From: an uncultured Bacteroidota bacterium
Lineage (GTDB): Bacteria; Bacteroidota; Bacteroidia; Bacteroidales; JAAUTT01
Assembly (NCBI GenBank): GCA_963846585.1
Contig: CAWJWO010000018.1
Coordinates: 427,759 to 491,758, forward strand
DNA length: 64,000 nt
Direction of reading: 5' to 3'
The first letter of the stretch is position 1. The number at the start of each line of letters is the position of its first letter. The notes under the pieces are model-generated. The model was not told where the DNA came from, did not search any database, and worked only from the letters and a program-made list of their open reading frames with translations. Shown piece by piece: positions 56,111-64,000 of the stretch. A program made the translations under genes and the position numbers.

Positions 56111-56890
56111 CTATTCCGATACCTGAACAGGTATTCCCAATTGTTCTATAAGCCCGGCAATTTGTTTTAATTTGGCAACAGGTATTTTTTCAAGGGTATC
56201 GAATGGCGTATTCCTTGCAATAGTATATATCATAACCATTCGGGGATTTATTTCTCTTAAACATATTTTCAATGCATCTGTTTCAACTTCCGTTGTATTA
56301 TCAACATGCCGGCCATCAATAAACCCCTTCAGGAACATTGTTTGAATTATAAGCTGACCTGAAAAACTTTTGAGCTGCCGGACAATTTTTCCAATATCAT
56401 ATGTCCCTTCCGGCCTGTTAATTAATCGAATTGTTCCATTTATTCCGGAATCGAGTTTCATAATATTATTATCTGCCTTTTTTAAAGCTTCAACTACATT
56501 TTTTTTATGTAACGTTGTGGAATTTGACAGAACCGATATAGCTGCATCTTTATAATACTTGTCTCTTAAAACTATAGTATCATTTATAATATGGTGGAAT
56601 TCAGGATGCATTGTTGGCTCACCATTGCCTGCAAAAGTTATTACGTCCAGTTTTTCTTTTTTTTCTGAAATGGCAGCAAGCGCCGACTGAAGTTTGCCTG
56701 AAACTTCACTCCTTGATGGCAACGTTATTTGTATACCTGAACCTTTCTCATTTAAACCACACTCACAATATGCACAATCAAAATTGCAATATTTGCGATT
56801 CGTTGGCAATAAATTAATCCCTAATGATATCCCAAGTCTTCTGCTTGTTACCGGGCCATATATTACCCTGTCAAATAAAAATGTATTCAT
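56111..56890 (-). CDS. Radical SAM protein
   Basis: 259 aa. CNFDCAYCECG (CxxxCxxC cluster) near the N-terminus and GGEPT-like GNGEPT. Confidence 0.8.
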   Translation of the reverse strand: MNTFLFDRVIYGPVTSRRLGISLGINLLPTNRKYCNFDCAYCECGLNEKGSGIQITLPSRSEVSGKLQSALAAISEKKEKLDVITFAGNGEPTMHPEFHHIINDTIVLRDKYYKDAAISVLSNSTTLHKKNVVEALKKADNNIMKLDSGINGTIRLINRPEGTYDIGKIVRQLKSFSGQLIIQTMFLKGFIDGRHVDNTTEVETDALKICLREINPRMVMIYTIARNTPFDTLEKIPVAKLKQIAGLIEQLGIPVQVSE

Positions 56891-56926
56891 TCAGTAATTC
56901 TTAAATGGCTTATTAATCTATTTATT

Positions 56927-57763
56927 TTAACGGTTAACTTTCCTGGCTCCTGGTTCCTGGTTCCTGGCTCTGTTCAGATAATGGTACTTAGATTGAGGGT
57001 TTACCTCGCTTACAATTTTCTTTACATAAAACATTGAAATATTTATATGTCTTAAAAATTTGCTTTTTTGGTCATCCTGATCCAAAATAAATCCTTTAAT
57101 AATATTATTTTTCTTGTTTTTTATCCTTTTCGAAACCTGGTATAATTTTACTTTTGCCGATCTGTTATAATTGATTTTCTCAAAGTAATCAGCCGGATTA
57201 ATTTTATCCTTGTTATTTTTGATGGTATTGTATGCAGTAAACCCTATATTTTTAGACTGGTCGTCATTAAATATTTGTATCTGAATTGTTATTTCATATA
57301 ACCCGGTATCTTTTACAGCTATTTCAAAAGGAATTTTTTCAGCAAATCCTTTCCCCTCAAGTTTAATATTAATCTTCCCTTTATACAAATTTCCTGCCGA
57401 ATCCAGAATTAATGACCTTATGATATAAATATCCTGGCTCATCCGGTTTAACTCTGTTAATACTTCATCATATATTTCCTCATAACTTTTTGGTTTTATT
57501 TTAGAATAATACGATAAAGAACTATCGAACTGAACCTTAGTAATCCCGTTTTTATCAAAAATCTGCTTATAGAAATCATTATTATACTTACCGGCATTAT
57601 TTTGGTTTGAATGCATCATATAATATGCATCTGCAAGTTGAATGTCTATAAGTAAATCTTTAAGCTTTGCTGCCGGAATTATTTGGATTTTAGTTTTATG
57701 ATTGCACGACCACCCAAAACAAATTATAATGACAAAAACTATTATCCTTTTTACATTTCTCAT
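56927..57763 (-). CDS. Lipoprotein with N-terminal DUF4296-like domain
   Basis: 278 aa. Lipobox FGWSC. The stretch KLKDLLIDIQLADAYY...YKQIFDKNGITKVQFDSSLSYY is DUF4296-like. The start overlaps the sprF-like stop (ATGA). The last ~10 codons (NQEPGARKVNR*) are encoded by a CCTGGTT word array. Confidence 0.65.
   Translation of the reverse strand: MRNVKRIIVFVIIICFGWSCNHKTKIQIIPAAKLKDLLIDIQLADAYYMMHSNQNNAGKYNNDFYKQIFDKNGITKVQFDSSLSYYSKIKPKSYEEIYDEVLTELNRMSQDIYIIRSLILDSAGNLYKGKINIKLEGKGFAEKIPFEIAVKDTGLYEITIQIQIFNDDQSKNIGFTAYNTIKNNKDKINPADYFEKINYNRSAKVKLYQVSKRIKNKKNNIIKGFILDQDDQKSKFLRHINISMFYVKKIVSEVNPQSKYHYLNRARNQEPGARKVNR
56940..56970. repeat. Word array R24 (TTCCTGGCTCCTGGTTCCTGGTTCCTGGCTC)
   Basis: CCTGGTT/CCTGGCT 7-mers lying inside the 3' end of the lipoprotein ORF. 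Confidence 0.85.
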
Positions 57764-58680
57764 TTACGCTTTTTTGCCATTTTTTTAATAGAATCGAAGT
57801 TATATCCTATTACTATTTCATATGAACCTGCACTATATTTCCTAAGATTTGAAAGAGCATAATCCCAGGCAAATCCTATGAATATTCTCCGCTCATGGGT
57901 ATATCCCAATATTAAGGATATGGCGTCTTGTGTCCTGTATGAAAGACCTCCCCATACCGTATTCCTGTAAATCGCTTTCCCATAAAACTCAAACTGATAA
58001 GGAGCAGCTATCACTTTTGTTACTACTACGCCAGGCTCAAGGGTCCATTCACGGTCAATTAGATAGCGATAGCCTCCCATAAGATAAAAATGTGTTTGTA
58101 GCTCCGTTATCCCAACCTGATTTGGAATTAAAGCTTCATGCAGGTTAAATAAATGATTTGCTGAAAATCCGGCATTAAATTGTGAATTGTAAACATAAAT
58201 ACCCGCTGAGGCATCGGGTTCAAGTTTGGAAAGAACCGAATTAGGCAATTCTGTATAATCAGTAATATAAAATTGTATGCTTGTTAAATCAATAGAATAT
58301 TCCAACAAACCAAGTTCAAGCCCAAAGGAAATACGAATATCCGAAGTTATCGGCATATTATAGGTATAAACTCCATTAGCCCCTGTTGTACTCACCGGAC
58401 CTGTGATATCGCTATATACATTCCCGCCAAAGCCCATATCCCTAGTACTATGAGGCCCAAAAGCACTTACTACATTTGTAATAGGAGCATCTTTAAACCC
58501 TACCCATTGAAAACGGTGGTTGGTCCTAATTTCCCAATAATTAGCAGTACCTGCTACAGCCGGATTATAAAGGAAGGGGTTCATCATGTACATAGTAAAC
58601 TCAGGCGACTGCTGTGCCCAAAGCGGTACTGTATAGGTAACGGTTAATGAGAGGAGGATGAGGATGAGGTACTTTTTCAT
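57760..58680 (-). CDS. PorP/SprF-family T9SS membrane protein (SprF-like partner of the upstream adhesin)
   Basis: 306 aa. Signal peptide followed by AQQSPEFTMYMMNPFLYNPAVAGT. The 4-nt ATGA overlap with the adhesin stop matches the sprB-sprF arrangement. Confidence 0.85.
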   Translation of the reverse strand: MKKYLILILLSLTVTYTVPLWAQQSPEFTMYMMNPFLYNPAVAGTANYWEIRTNHRFQWVGFKDAPITNVVSAFGPHSTRDMGFGGNVYSDITGPVSTTGANGVYTYNMPITSDIRISFGLELGLLEYSIDLTSIQFYITDYTELPNSVLSKLEPDASAGIYVYNSQFNAGFSANHLFNLHEALIPNQVGITELQTHFYLMGGYRYLIDREWTLEPGVVVTKVIAAPYQFEFYGKAIYRNTVWGGLSYRTQDAISLILGYTHERRIFIGFAWDYALSNLRKYSAGSYEIVIGYNFDSIKKMAKKRK

Positions 58681-61600
58681 TTGCCTGTACTTACGATAGT
58701 TACTGAGCCTGTCTCTGGAGTTGTTCCATCTTTAAAATCAATTACAAAATAATAGGTTCCTGCAGGTAAATAATATCCATTGCGTTTACCGTCAAAAACT
58801 CTGGTTGAATTATCATATCCGGTTGACATATAAACCAGCTCTCCCCAACGGTTGTATACCTCAACAAGTATATCCGGATAATCGGGAGCCTTTTCAAGGA
58901 ACCAAACCTGATCTTCATAATGTTTTGAACCTGGATAAATCCCGGTAGGTATTAATCCATGCGACCGAACAATAATATCAATCGAATCACTCTGCTGACA
59001 ACCGTTAGAAGTTTCAGCAACCAGCACATATTCAATGCTATCACCTGATGGAACACTCTTAACATTTATAATAGGTGTCCTGCTTGCCGGATTATCCAAA
59101 TAGGTAGTTGGAGTCCATTGATAACTATTAAAGCTATCGGGCAGAGCCTCTAATTGCACTGGTATATTGACATCAACAAAATCCTTGTTAATTGCTTTAA
59201 ATCCTGTACTGGTCTCAATTCCCACCTGAAGATTATAATTTGTATAAACGGCAATAAGAACTGAAGCAGTATCTGTACAATTTTGAGTATCAGTTACAGC
59301 TACCTGGTATCGTCCATTACTGGTTGTAGTTAACATTGGATTTTGAATAAATGAATTGCTTAATCCTGTTAAAGGTGTCCACGACCAACTATATCCGGCT
59401 GACCCCGAAGCATTCAACTGGTAAGGAACACCCTGGCAAATCTGGGCCGAAGGACCTGCACTTACTTTTAATGTATCTTTCGCGTTTACTGTAAAAGCTT
59501 GTGAGGCCCGGCAAGAGTCAGCATCTATAACAAATAAAGTATAATGCCCCATAGGAATGCCCGTCAACGAATCCGTAGCTGAACTGTTATTCCATAAATA
59601 TGAATAAGGTGCAGTACCTCCGTTAATTATGGTGGTAATGCTACCGTCAGATTTTTGATAATTACAGCTGGCGTCTGCTACATCACCGATAATCACTAAC
59701 TTCTGGGGTTCTTTTATTGTAATAATATTTAGATATTCAGCACCTTTAGCATCGGTAACTGTTACAAGGTAATTACCTCCGGGTAAATTTGGAAATATAT
59801 ATGCATCGTTTGCTACAGCAACAATTGAATCGGAACCAGGACCTTTAATTATAAATGTCAAAGGATTTGTATAAATAGTATCTCCCATGGTAAGACTAAT
59901 TATACCCGAAGAATCACCAAAACAATTAATATTTGTTACAACAGGTACAACGAATAATGTATCCCCGCTTTTAACTCTAAGGGATGTATCATGTGAACAA
60001 ATATAATTAGAGTCCTGCGTGGTAATTGTATAAATGCCTGCATTCAGATTTGAAAATGTTGAATCGGATTGCCAGGTGGAACCTCCGTTTATTGAGAACT
60101 GATATGGCGGAATGCCATTTTTTACGGTTAAAATTTGTATACTACCCTTTGCAAATCCTATAATATTGGTTATACTTGCTGTAATGTCTATCGGCTTAGG
60201 ATCTACTAAAAGTTTCTCGGTTGTTTTCTGGCAACCATTTCCATCCATAACACTAATCAGGTAATTTCCGGCAGAAAGATTAAAAAATTGGAAATTTGTA
60301 CTATACGCACTATCATTAATTGAGAATTGTAATTGTGGTATGCCTGTTGCTGTTACTCTTATACTACCATTATTCCCATTAAAACAAGTCGGGTTGGTTG
60401 GTGATATAAATCCGAATTTTAATGCAACAGCAGGCTGAGTAATGGTATCTGACTGGAAGAACTTAGCACCTGTTATTGTGTCAACAACTTCTGTAAGATA
60501 AGTCCCGGCTAACAAATTTATAAATTTCCCCGAATCCTGGAAGGTAGAACCTCCGTTTATCGAATATTTACATTTCGCTGATCCTGCAACTGTAAGGGTA
60601 ATGCTGCCCGTTGAATCTCCTTTGCATATAACATTAATTGTTGTAACTGTTACCGTTAAGTTTGAAATATAAAAAGAATCAAGGGCAGCGGCACAACCTA
60701 ATGAATCGTGTACATAAACATAATATTTGGCTGCTGAAAGATTTAAGAACGTATCGCTTTTTTGATAATTAATTCCATCTATACTATAATTTAACGGCCC
60801 TTTTCCTCCCTTTGCATAAACTGTGCAAGATCCGTTAACAGCTCCATGGACATTAACCGTAACAGCCGAATCAATTATAACTGCTGGAGGGGCCTTAATT
60901 GTATCAGTACCTGTTGCCGTACAAGATGTTAAAGTATCCCTGACATGAGTAGTATATATGCCACCCAATAATCCTGTAAATGTACTGTCTGCCTGATATG
61001 GCATCGTATCCAGTGAAAACGTCAACATTCCGTTGCCGCCACTGGCATATATTTTAATACTTCCATTTGGATTGTTATAACATATTGTAACATTATTCAC
61101 AACTGATGAATCAATGCTAAGTTTGTTTGCTCCTTTCAAATTTATTACCGGAAATGCAGCTGGACAATTATTTGAATCCTTCACTGTCAGATTGTATGGC
61201 CCTTGGTTAAGATTAGTGAAACTTGAATCAGGTTGCCATGTTGTACCACCATCAATGGAGTAGAGGTAAGGACGTGTACCTCCTGAAACGTTTGTAAATC
61301 GTATAAACCCGTTAGATTGGCCGAAACAAATATAATTACTTGTATCAATGGTGTTTATAGCAAGAACCGCAGGTTGTGTGATCACAATATTAAATGTATC
61401 GGCATTACAGCCATTGTTATCGGTTGCAACTACCATATAATTATTTGCCGGCGATAACCCGCTGAAAACTGCGCTGTCATTTGAAATCACAGGTGAACCA
61501 ACATCAACTCCTCCCTGTTCAAGGACAAAATTATACGGCCGTGTCCCTTTATGGCCCTTTAATTTGATTTTACCATCACCGGCAAGGTTACATGTTACAT

Positions 61601-64000
61601 TGAAAACTTTCAAAGAATCAGCAAAAAACATAGTTGGCTGAACAATTTTAATTGTGGTATCCTTGTTACAGCCATTATCATCAAAAATGTGAAGTGTGTA
61701 AATCCCTTTAGTTAAACCTGATACTGTTTGTCCGCTATTTTTTGTAACACCGTTAATGGTGAATTCTTTAAGACCGGTTCCACCGCTTAAATATGCCTGT
61801 ATGCTGGTTGTATCGCCAAAACATTTTAACGAATCCCCATTACTGAATTTTATAGAATCAATATTTATAGGTAATGGTGATGAAACACTGGCAAATGCCG
61901 TATCAATACAACCCAATTCATCGGTAACAATTGCAAAATAATTTCCACTGCAAAGTTCCACTGTATCTCCGGTTGCTACCAAAGTTGAAGGTGCCAGCTG
62001 ATTATACCATTTCCCTTTTTTATACGGTGCGGTACCTCCCGTTTTTGTAAGTACAGCAGTTGCTCCCTGGCCTGGCCCGCAATTTGAACATTTTGTTTTT
62101 AAACCTATTGGGACAATATAGTCTGTTGGGGAGCAGGTAAATGCGTCTTCCGACTGATTTATAGGAAAATTGATATTGCCTGAATCATAATTCACTGTTA
62201 CACTATCACCGTGAGAATCTACATCTTTAAATTCTATATAAGCATTTGTTATATCTCCAGCTTGTAAAAAAGCATTATCACAATCTGTAACTTCTACTCT
62301 CCAGGCCCCATTTGCCGGGTCTTTCCCATATAACGCAGTCCAATCTCCAACAGCTCCAAAAGTGCCGGTTAAAGGCTTGTCTTTATATTGCGGACTGCAA
62401 ATATCGTACGTTTGTGATGCAGGTAATTTAGTAGTAAACACAACCTTAGCAGAACTTGCAAAACTATAACATAAAAAGTCATTAGTGTGCAAGGTTACAA
62501 TTGTTCCGTCAGGAGATACAAAATAAAATCCTAAACTGTTAAGTGCCGCTCTGTTATTAACGCTTATTCCTATTTCAATAGTAGTTCCGGCGCCAATCAA
62601 ATAAGGAGTTAATGATCCGACGGTAGCAACAAGTGTGGAAGTAATTGTAACAGTTTTAGAACTAAATACATCCGGACATATTGCACTTGAGGCGGTTAAT
62701 GTAAGAACTACTGAACCGTTTAACTGATCGTTTGGCCCGGGTGTATAAATAGTGTTCAGGATAGCAGCGTTTGTAAAAGTCCCGTCTCCGGAAGTAGTCC
62801 ATAATAATGAACTGTAGTTTGAAGCTGTTGCATCAGAAAGTACAATATTATCATTATGGCAGATTGAATCATTGGCTCCTGCATAAGCTGTGGCATCCGG
62901 GTTAATTGTTGCAACAACAGCTGTACGTGTGGTTGTTGTACATCCGGCTAAAGTGGCATCTACATAATATGTCGTTGTGCCCGCTATTACAGGTGTGGTA
63001 AAGCTTGGGCCTGTGCCCAGCGATACACCTCCGGTGGCTGCCGCCCACCAGTTTATTATCCCTGCGCTGGCCGTGGCCCCAAGGGTTACTGCTCCAGGGC
63101 CGCAATTACTGCCCGGCGTGGTACTGGTTATTGTTGGTACAGGATTGATTGTTGCTGTCACTGCTGTTCGAGCGGCTGTGGTACATCCGGCTATAGTAGC
63201 GTCTACATAATAGGTCGTTGTGCTTGCCAGGACAGGTGTGGTAAAGCTTGGGCCAGTGCCCAGCGATACACCTCCGACGGCTGCCGCCCACCAGTTTATT
63301 ATCCCTGCGCTGGCCGTGGCCCCAAGGGTTACTGCTCCCGGACCGCAATTACTGCCAGGTGTTGTTCCTGTTATTGTTGGTATAGGAGTGATTGTTGCTA
63401 CAATAGCTGTACGTGTGGTTGTGGTACATCCCGCGTTGGTAGCATCTACATAATAGGTAGTTGTGTTAAGTAATACAGGTGTTGTAAAGCTTGGGCCTGT
63501 GCCAAGCGATACCCCTCCGGTGGCTGCCGCCCACCAGTTTATTATCCCTGCACTGGCAGTGGCCCCAAGGGTTACTGCTCCCGGACCGCAATTACTGCCC
63601 GGCGTGGTACTGGTTATTGTTGGTATAGGATTGATTGTTGCTGTCACAGCTGTTCGTGCGGCTGTGGTACATCCTGCAATGGTGGCATCTACATAATAGG
63701 TCGTTGTGCCTGCCAGGACAGGTGTTATAAAGCTTGGGCCTGTGCCAAGCGATACCCCTCCGACGGCTGCCGCCCACCAGTTTATTATCCCTGCGCTGGC
63801 CGTGGCCCCAAGGGTTACCGCTCCCGGGCCGCAATTACTGCCTGGTGTGGTACTGGTTATTGTTGGTATAGGAGTTATTGTTGCAACAACTGCTGTCCTT
63901 GCGGCTGTGGTACATCCTGCTATAGTTGCATCTACATAATAGGTTGTCGTGCTTGCTATTACTGGTGTTGTAAAGCTTGGGCCTGTGCCAAGCGATACCC
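58677..64000 (-). CDS. SprB-like giant cell-surface adhesin with type-B T9SS C-terminal domain; 5' end beyond the window
   Basis: The frame stays open to position 64000; the ORF-track 'M' at 63647 is an internal GTG (Val). N-terminal 81-aa Ig-like tandem repeats, a P-domain-like module, more than 10 SprB-type repeats (C.G...G.I.....GG..PY.Y......Q....F..L..G.Y...V.D..GC), and the C-terminal VEVYNRWGELVY...LPAGTYYFVI gliding-associated CTD. Confidence 0.85.
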   Translation of the reverse strand, partial: VSLGTGPSFTTPVIASTTTYYVDATIAGCTTAARTAVVATITPIPTITSTTPGSNCGPGAVTLGATASAGIINWWAAAVGGVSLGTGPSFITPVLAGTTTYYVDATIAGCTTAARTAVTATINPIPTITSTTPGSNCGPGAVTLGATASAGIINWWAAATGGVSLGTGPSFTTPVLLNTTTYYVDATNAGCTTTTRTAIVATITPIPTITGTTPGSNCGPGAVTLGATASAGIINWWAAAVGGVSLGTGPSFTTPVLASTTTYYVDATIAGCTTAARTAVTATINPVPTITSTTPGSNCGPGAVTLGATASAGIINWWAAATGGVSLGTGPSFTTPVIAGTTTYYVDATLAGCTTTTRTAVVATINPDATAYAGANDSICHNDNIVLSDATASNYSSLLWTTSGDGTFTNAAILNTIYTPGPNDQLNGSVVLTLTASSAICPDVFSSKTVTITSTLVATVGSLTPYLIGAGTTIEIGISVNNRAALNSLGFYFVSPDGTIVTLHTNDFLCYSFASSAKVVFTTKLPASQTYDICSPQYKDKPLTGTFGAVGDWTALYGKDPANGAWRVEVTDCDNAFLQAGDITNAYIEFKDVDSHGDSVTVNYDSGNINFPINQSEDAFTCSPTDYIVPIGLKTKCSNCGPGQGATAVLTKTGGTAPYKKGKWYNQLAPSTLVATGDTVELCSGNYFAIVTDELGCIDTAFASVSSPLPINIDSIKFSNGDSLKCFGDTTSIQAYLSGGTGLKEFTINGVTKNSGQTVSGLTKGIYTLHIFDDNGCNKDTTIKIVQPTMFFADSLKVFNVTCNLAGDGKIKLKGHKGTRPYNFVLEQGGVDVGSPVISNDSAVFSGLSPANNYMVVATDNNGCNADTFNIVITQPAVLAINTIDTSNYICFGQSNGFIRFTNVSGGTRPYLYSIDGGTTWQPDSSFTNLNQGPYNLTVKDSNNCPAAFPVINLKGANKLSIDSSVVNNVTICYNNPNGSIKIYASGGNGMLTFSLDTMPYQADSTFTGLLGGIYTTHVRDTLTSCTATGTDTIKAPPAVIIDSAVTVNVHGAVNGSCTVYAKGGKGPLNYSIDGINYQKSDTFLNLSAAKYYVYVHDSLGCAAALDSFYISNLTVTVTTINVICKGDSTGSITLTVAGSAKCKYSINGGSTFQDSGKFINLLAGTYLTEVVDTITGAKFFQSDTITQPAVALKFGFISPTNPTCFNGNNGSIRVTATGIPQLQFSINDSAYSTNFQFFNLSAGNYLISVMDGNGCQKTTEKLLVDPKPIDITASITNIIGFAKGSIQILTVKNGIPPYQFSINGGSTWQSDSTFSNLNAGIYTITTQDSNYICSHDTSLRVKSGDTLFVVPVVTNINCFGDSSGIISLTMGDTIYTNPLTFIIKGPGSDSIVAVANDAYIFPNLPGGNYLVTVTDAKGAEYLNIITIKEPQKLVIIGDVADASCNYQKSDGSITTIINGGTAPYSYLWNNSSATDSLTGIPMGHYTLFVIDADSCRASQAFTVNAKDTLKVSAGPSAQICQGVPYQLNASGSAGYSWSWTPLTGLSNSFIQNPMLTTTSNGRYQVAVTDTQNCTDTASVLIAVYTNYNLQVGIETSTGFKAINKDFVDVNIPVQLEALPDSFNSYQWTPTTYLDNPASRTPIINVKSVPSGDSIEYVLVAETSNGCQQSDSIDIIVRSHGLIPTGIYPGSKHYEDQVWFLEKAPDYPDILVEVYNRWGELVYMSTGYDNSTRVFDGKRNGYYLPAGTYYFVIDFKDGTTPETGSVTIVSTGK
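62910..64000 (-). repeat. 243-bp (81-aa) tandem coding repeats in the adhesin, at least 4.5 copies to the window edge
   Basis: Period 243 nt is visible as shifted near-identical spurious plus-strand ORFs at 62977, 63220, 63463 and 63706. The unit encodes TINPIPTITSTTPGSNCGPGAVTLGATASAGIINWWAAATGGVSLGTGPSFTTP....TTTYYVDAT.AGCTT..RTA.VA. Confidence 0.9.

Noticed and set aside
677-56972. Possibility that the short tandem repeats are CRISPR arrays
   Set aside because: The units are 7-10 nt and directly abutting, with no unique spacers of 25-40 nt. No cas genes are present. This is not CRISPR architecture.
62977-63939. Four phased 77-aa plus-strand ORFs and three 67-80-aa minus-strand out-of-frame ORFs inside the adhesin repeats
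   Set aside because: They are antisense or alternate-frame shadows of the 243-bp coding repeats. The long minus-strand frame encoding the Ig-like modules is the real one.

Overview
This window is a low-GC Bacteroidota chromosomal segment (the gld/por gene set assigns the phylum; I cannot go below that). It is densely coded with about 47 protein genes. I saw no rRNA, tRNA or CRISPR. Housekeeping genes include pgk, holB, ricT-like, trmB, mrp/apbC, glmS, panC, panD, radA, topA, PBP1A and ribE. There is an unusually rich set of type IX secretion/gliding genes: gldH, a PorW/SprE-like TPR lipoprotein, porX, porP-gldK-gldL-gldM-gldN, and a 5'-truncated SprB-like giant adhesin with a type-B C-terminal domain (CTD) that is translationally coupled to a PorP/SprF-family gene and a DUF4296 lipoprotein. 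Other content: nucleotide-sugar/EPS genes (WbpB-like, TviB-like, galE, rfbB, wza, wzc, GT39), a GH2/GH5/esterase cluster, a mazEF toxin-antitoxin pair, and an orphan MobV relaxase with an oriT-like sequence upstream. The most unusual content is non-coding. (1) Almost every intergenic gap over 100 bp is filled by modular arrays of 7-10 nt tandem 'words' drawn from one shared vocabulary and arranged as word-level palindromes. These often begin exactly on stop codons and sometimes supply the stop or the last codons of a gene. (2) A nested-hairpin repeat family of about 120 bp with a conserved core occurs four times, including inside the gldK-gldL gap and on both sides of the relaxase. (3) A 58-nt element is present in three near-identical copies. 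(4) There are clusters of GTCCC-N3-4-GGGAC hairpins and a relatively GC-rich hairpin block. No transposase or integrase is present. All repeat coordinates were read by eye and may be off by a few nt. Family names come from motif recognition, not database searches.
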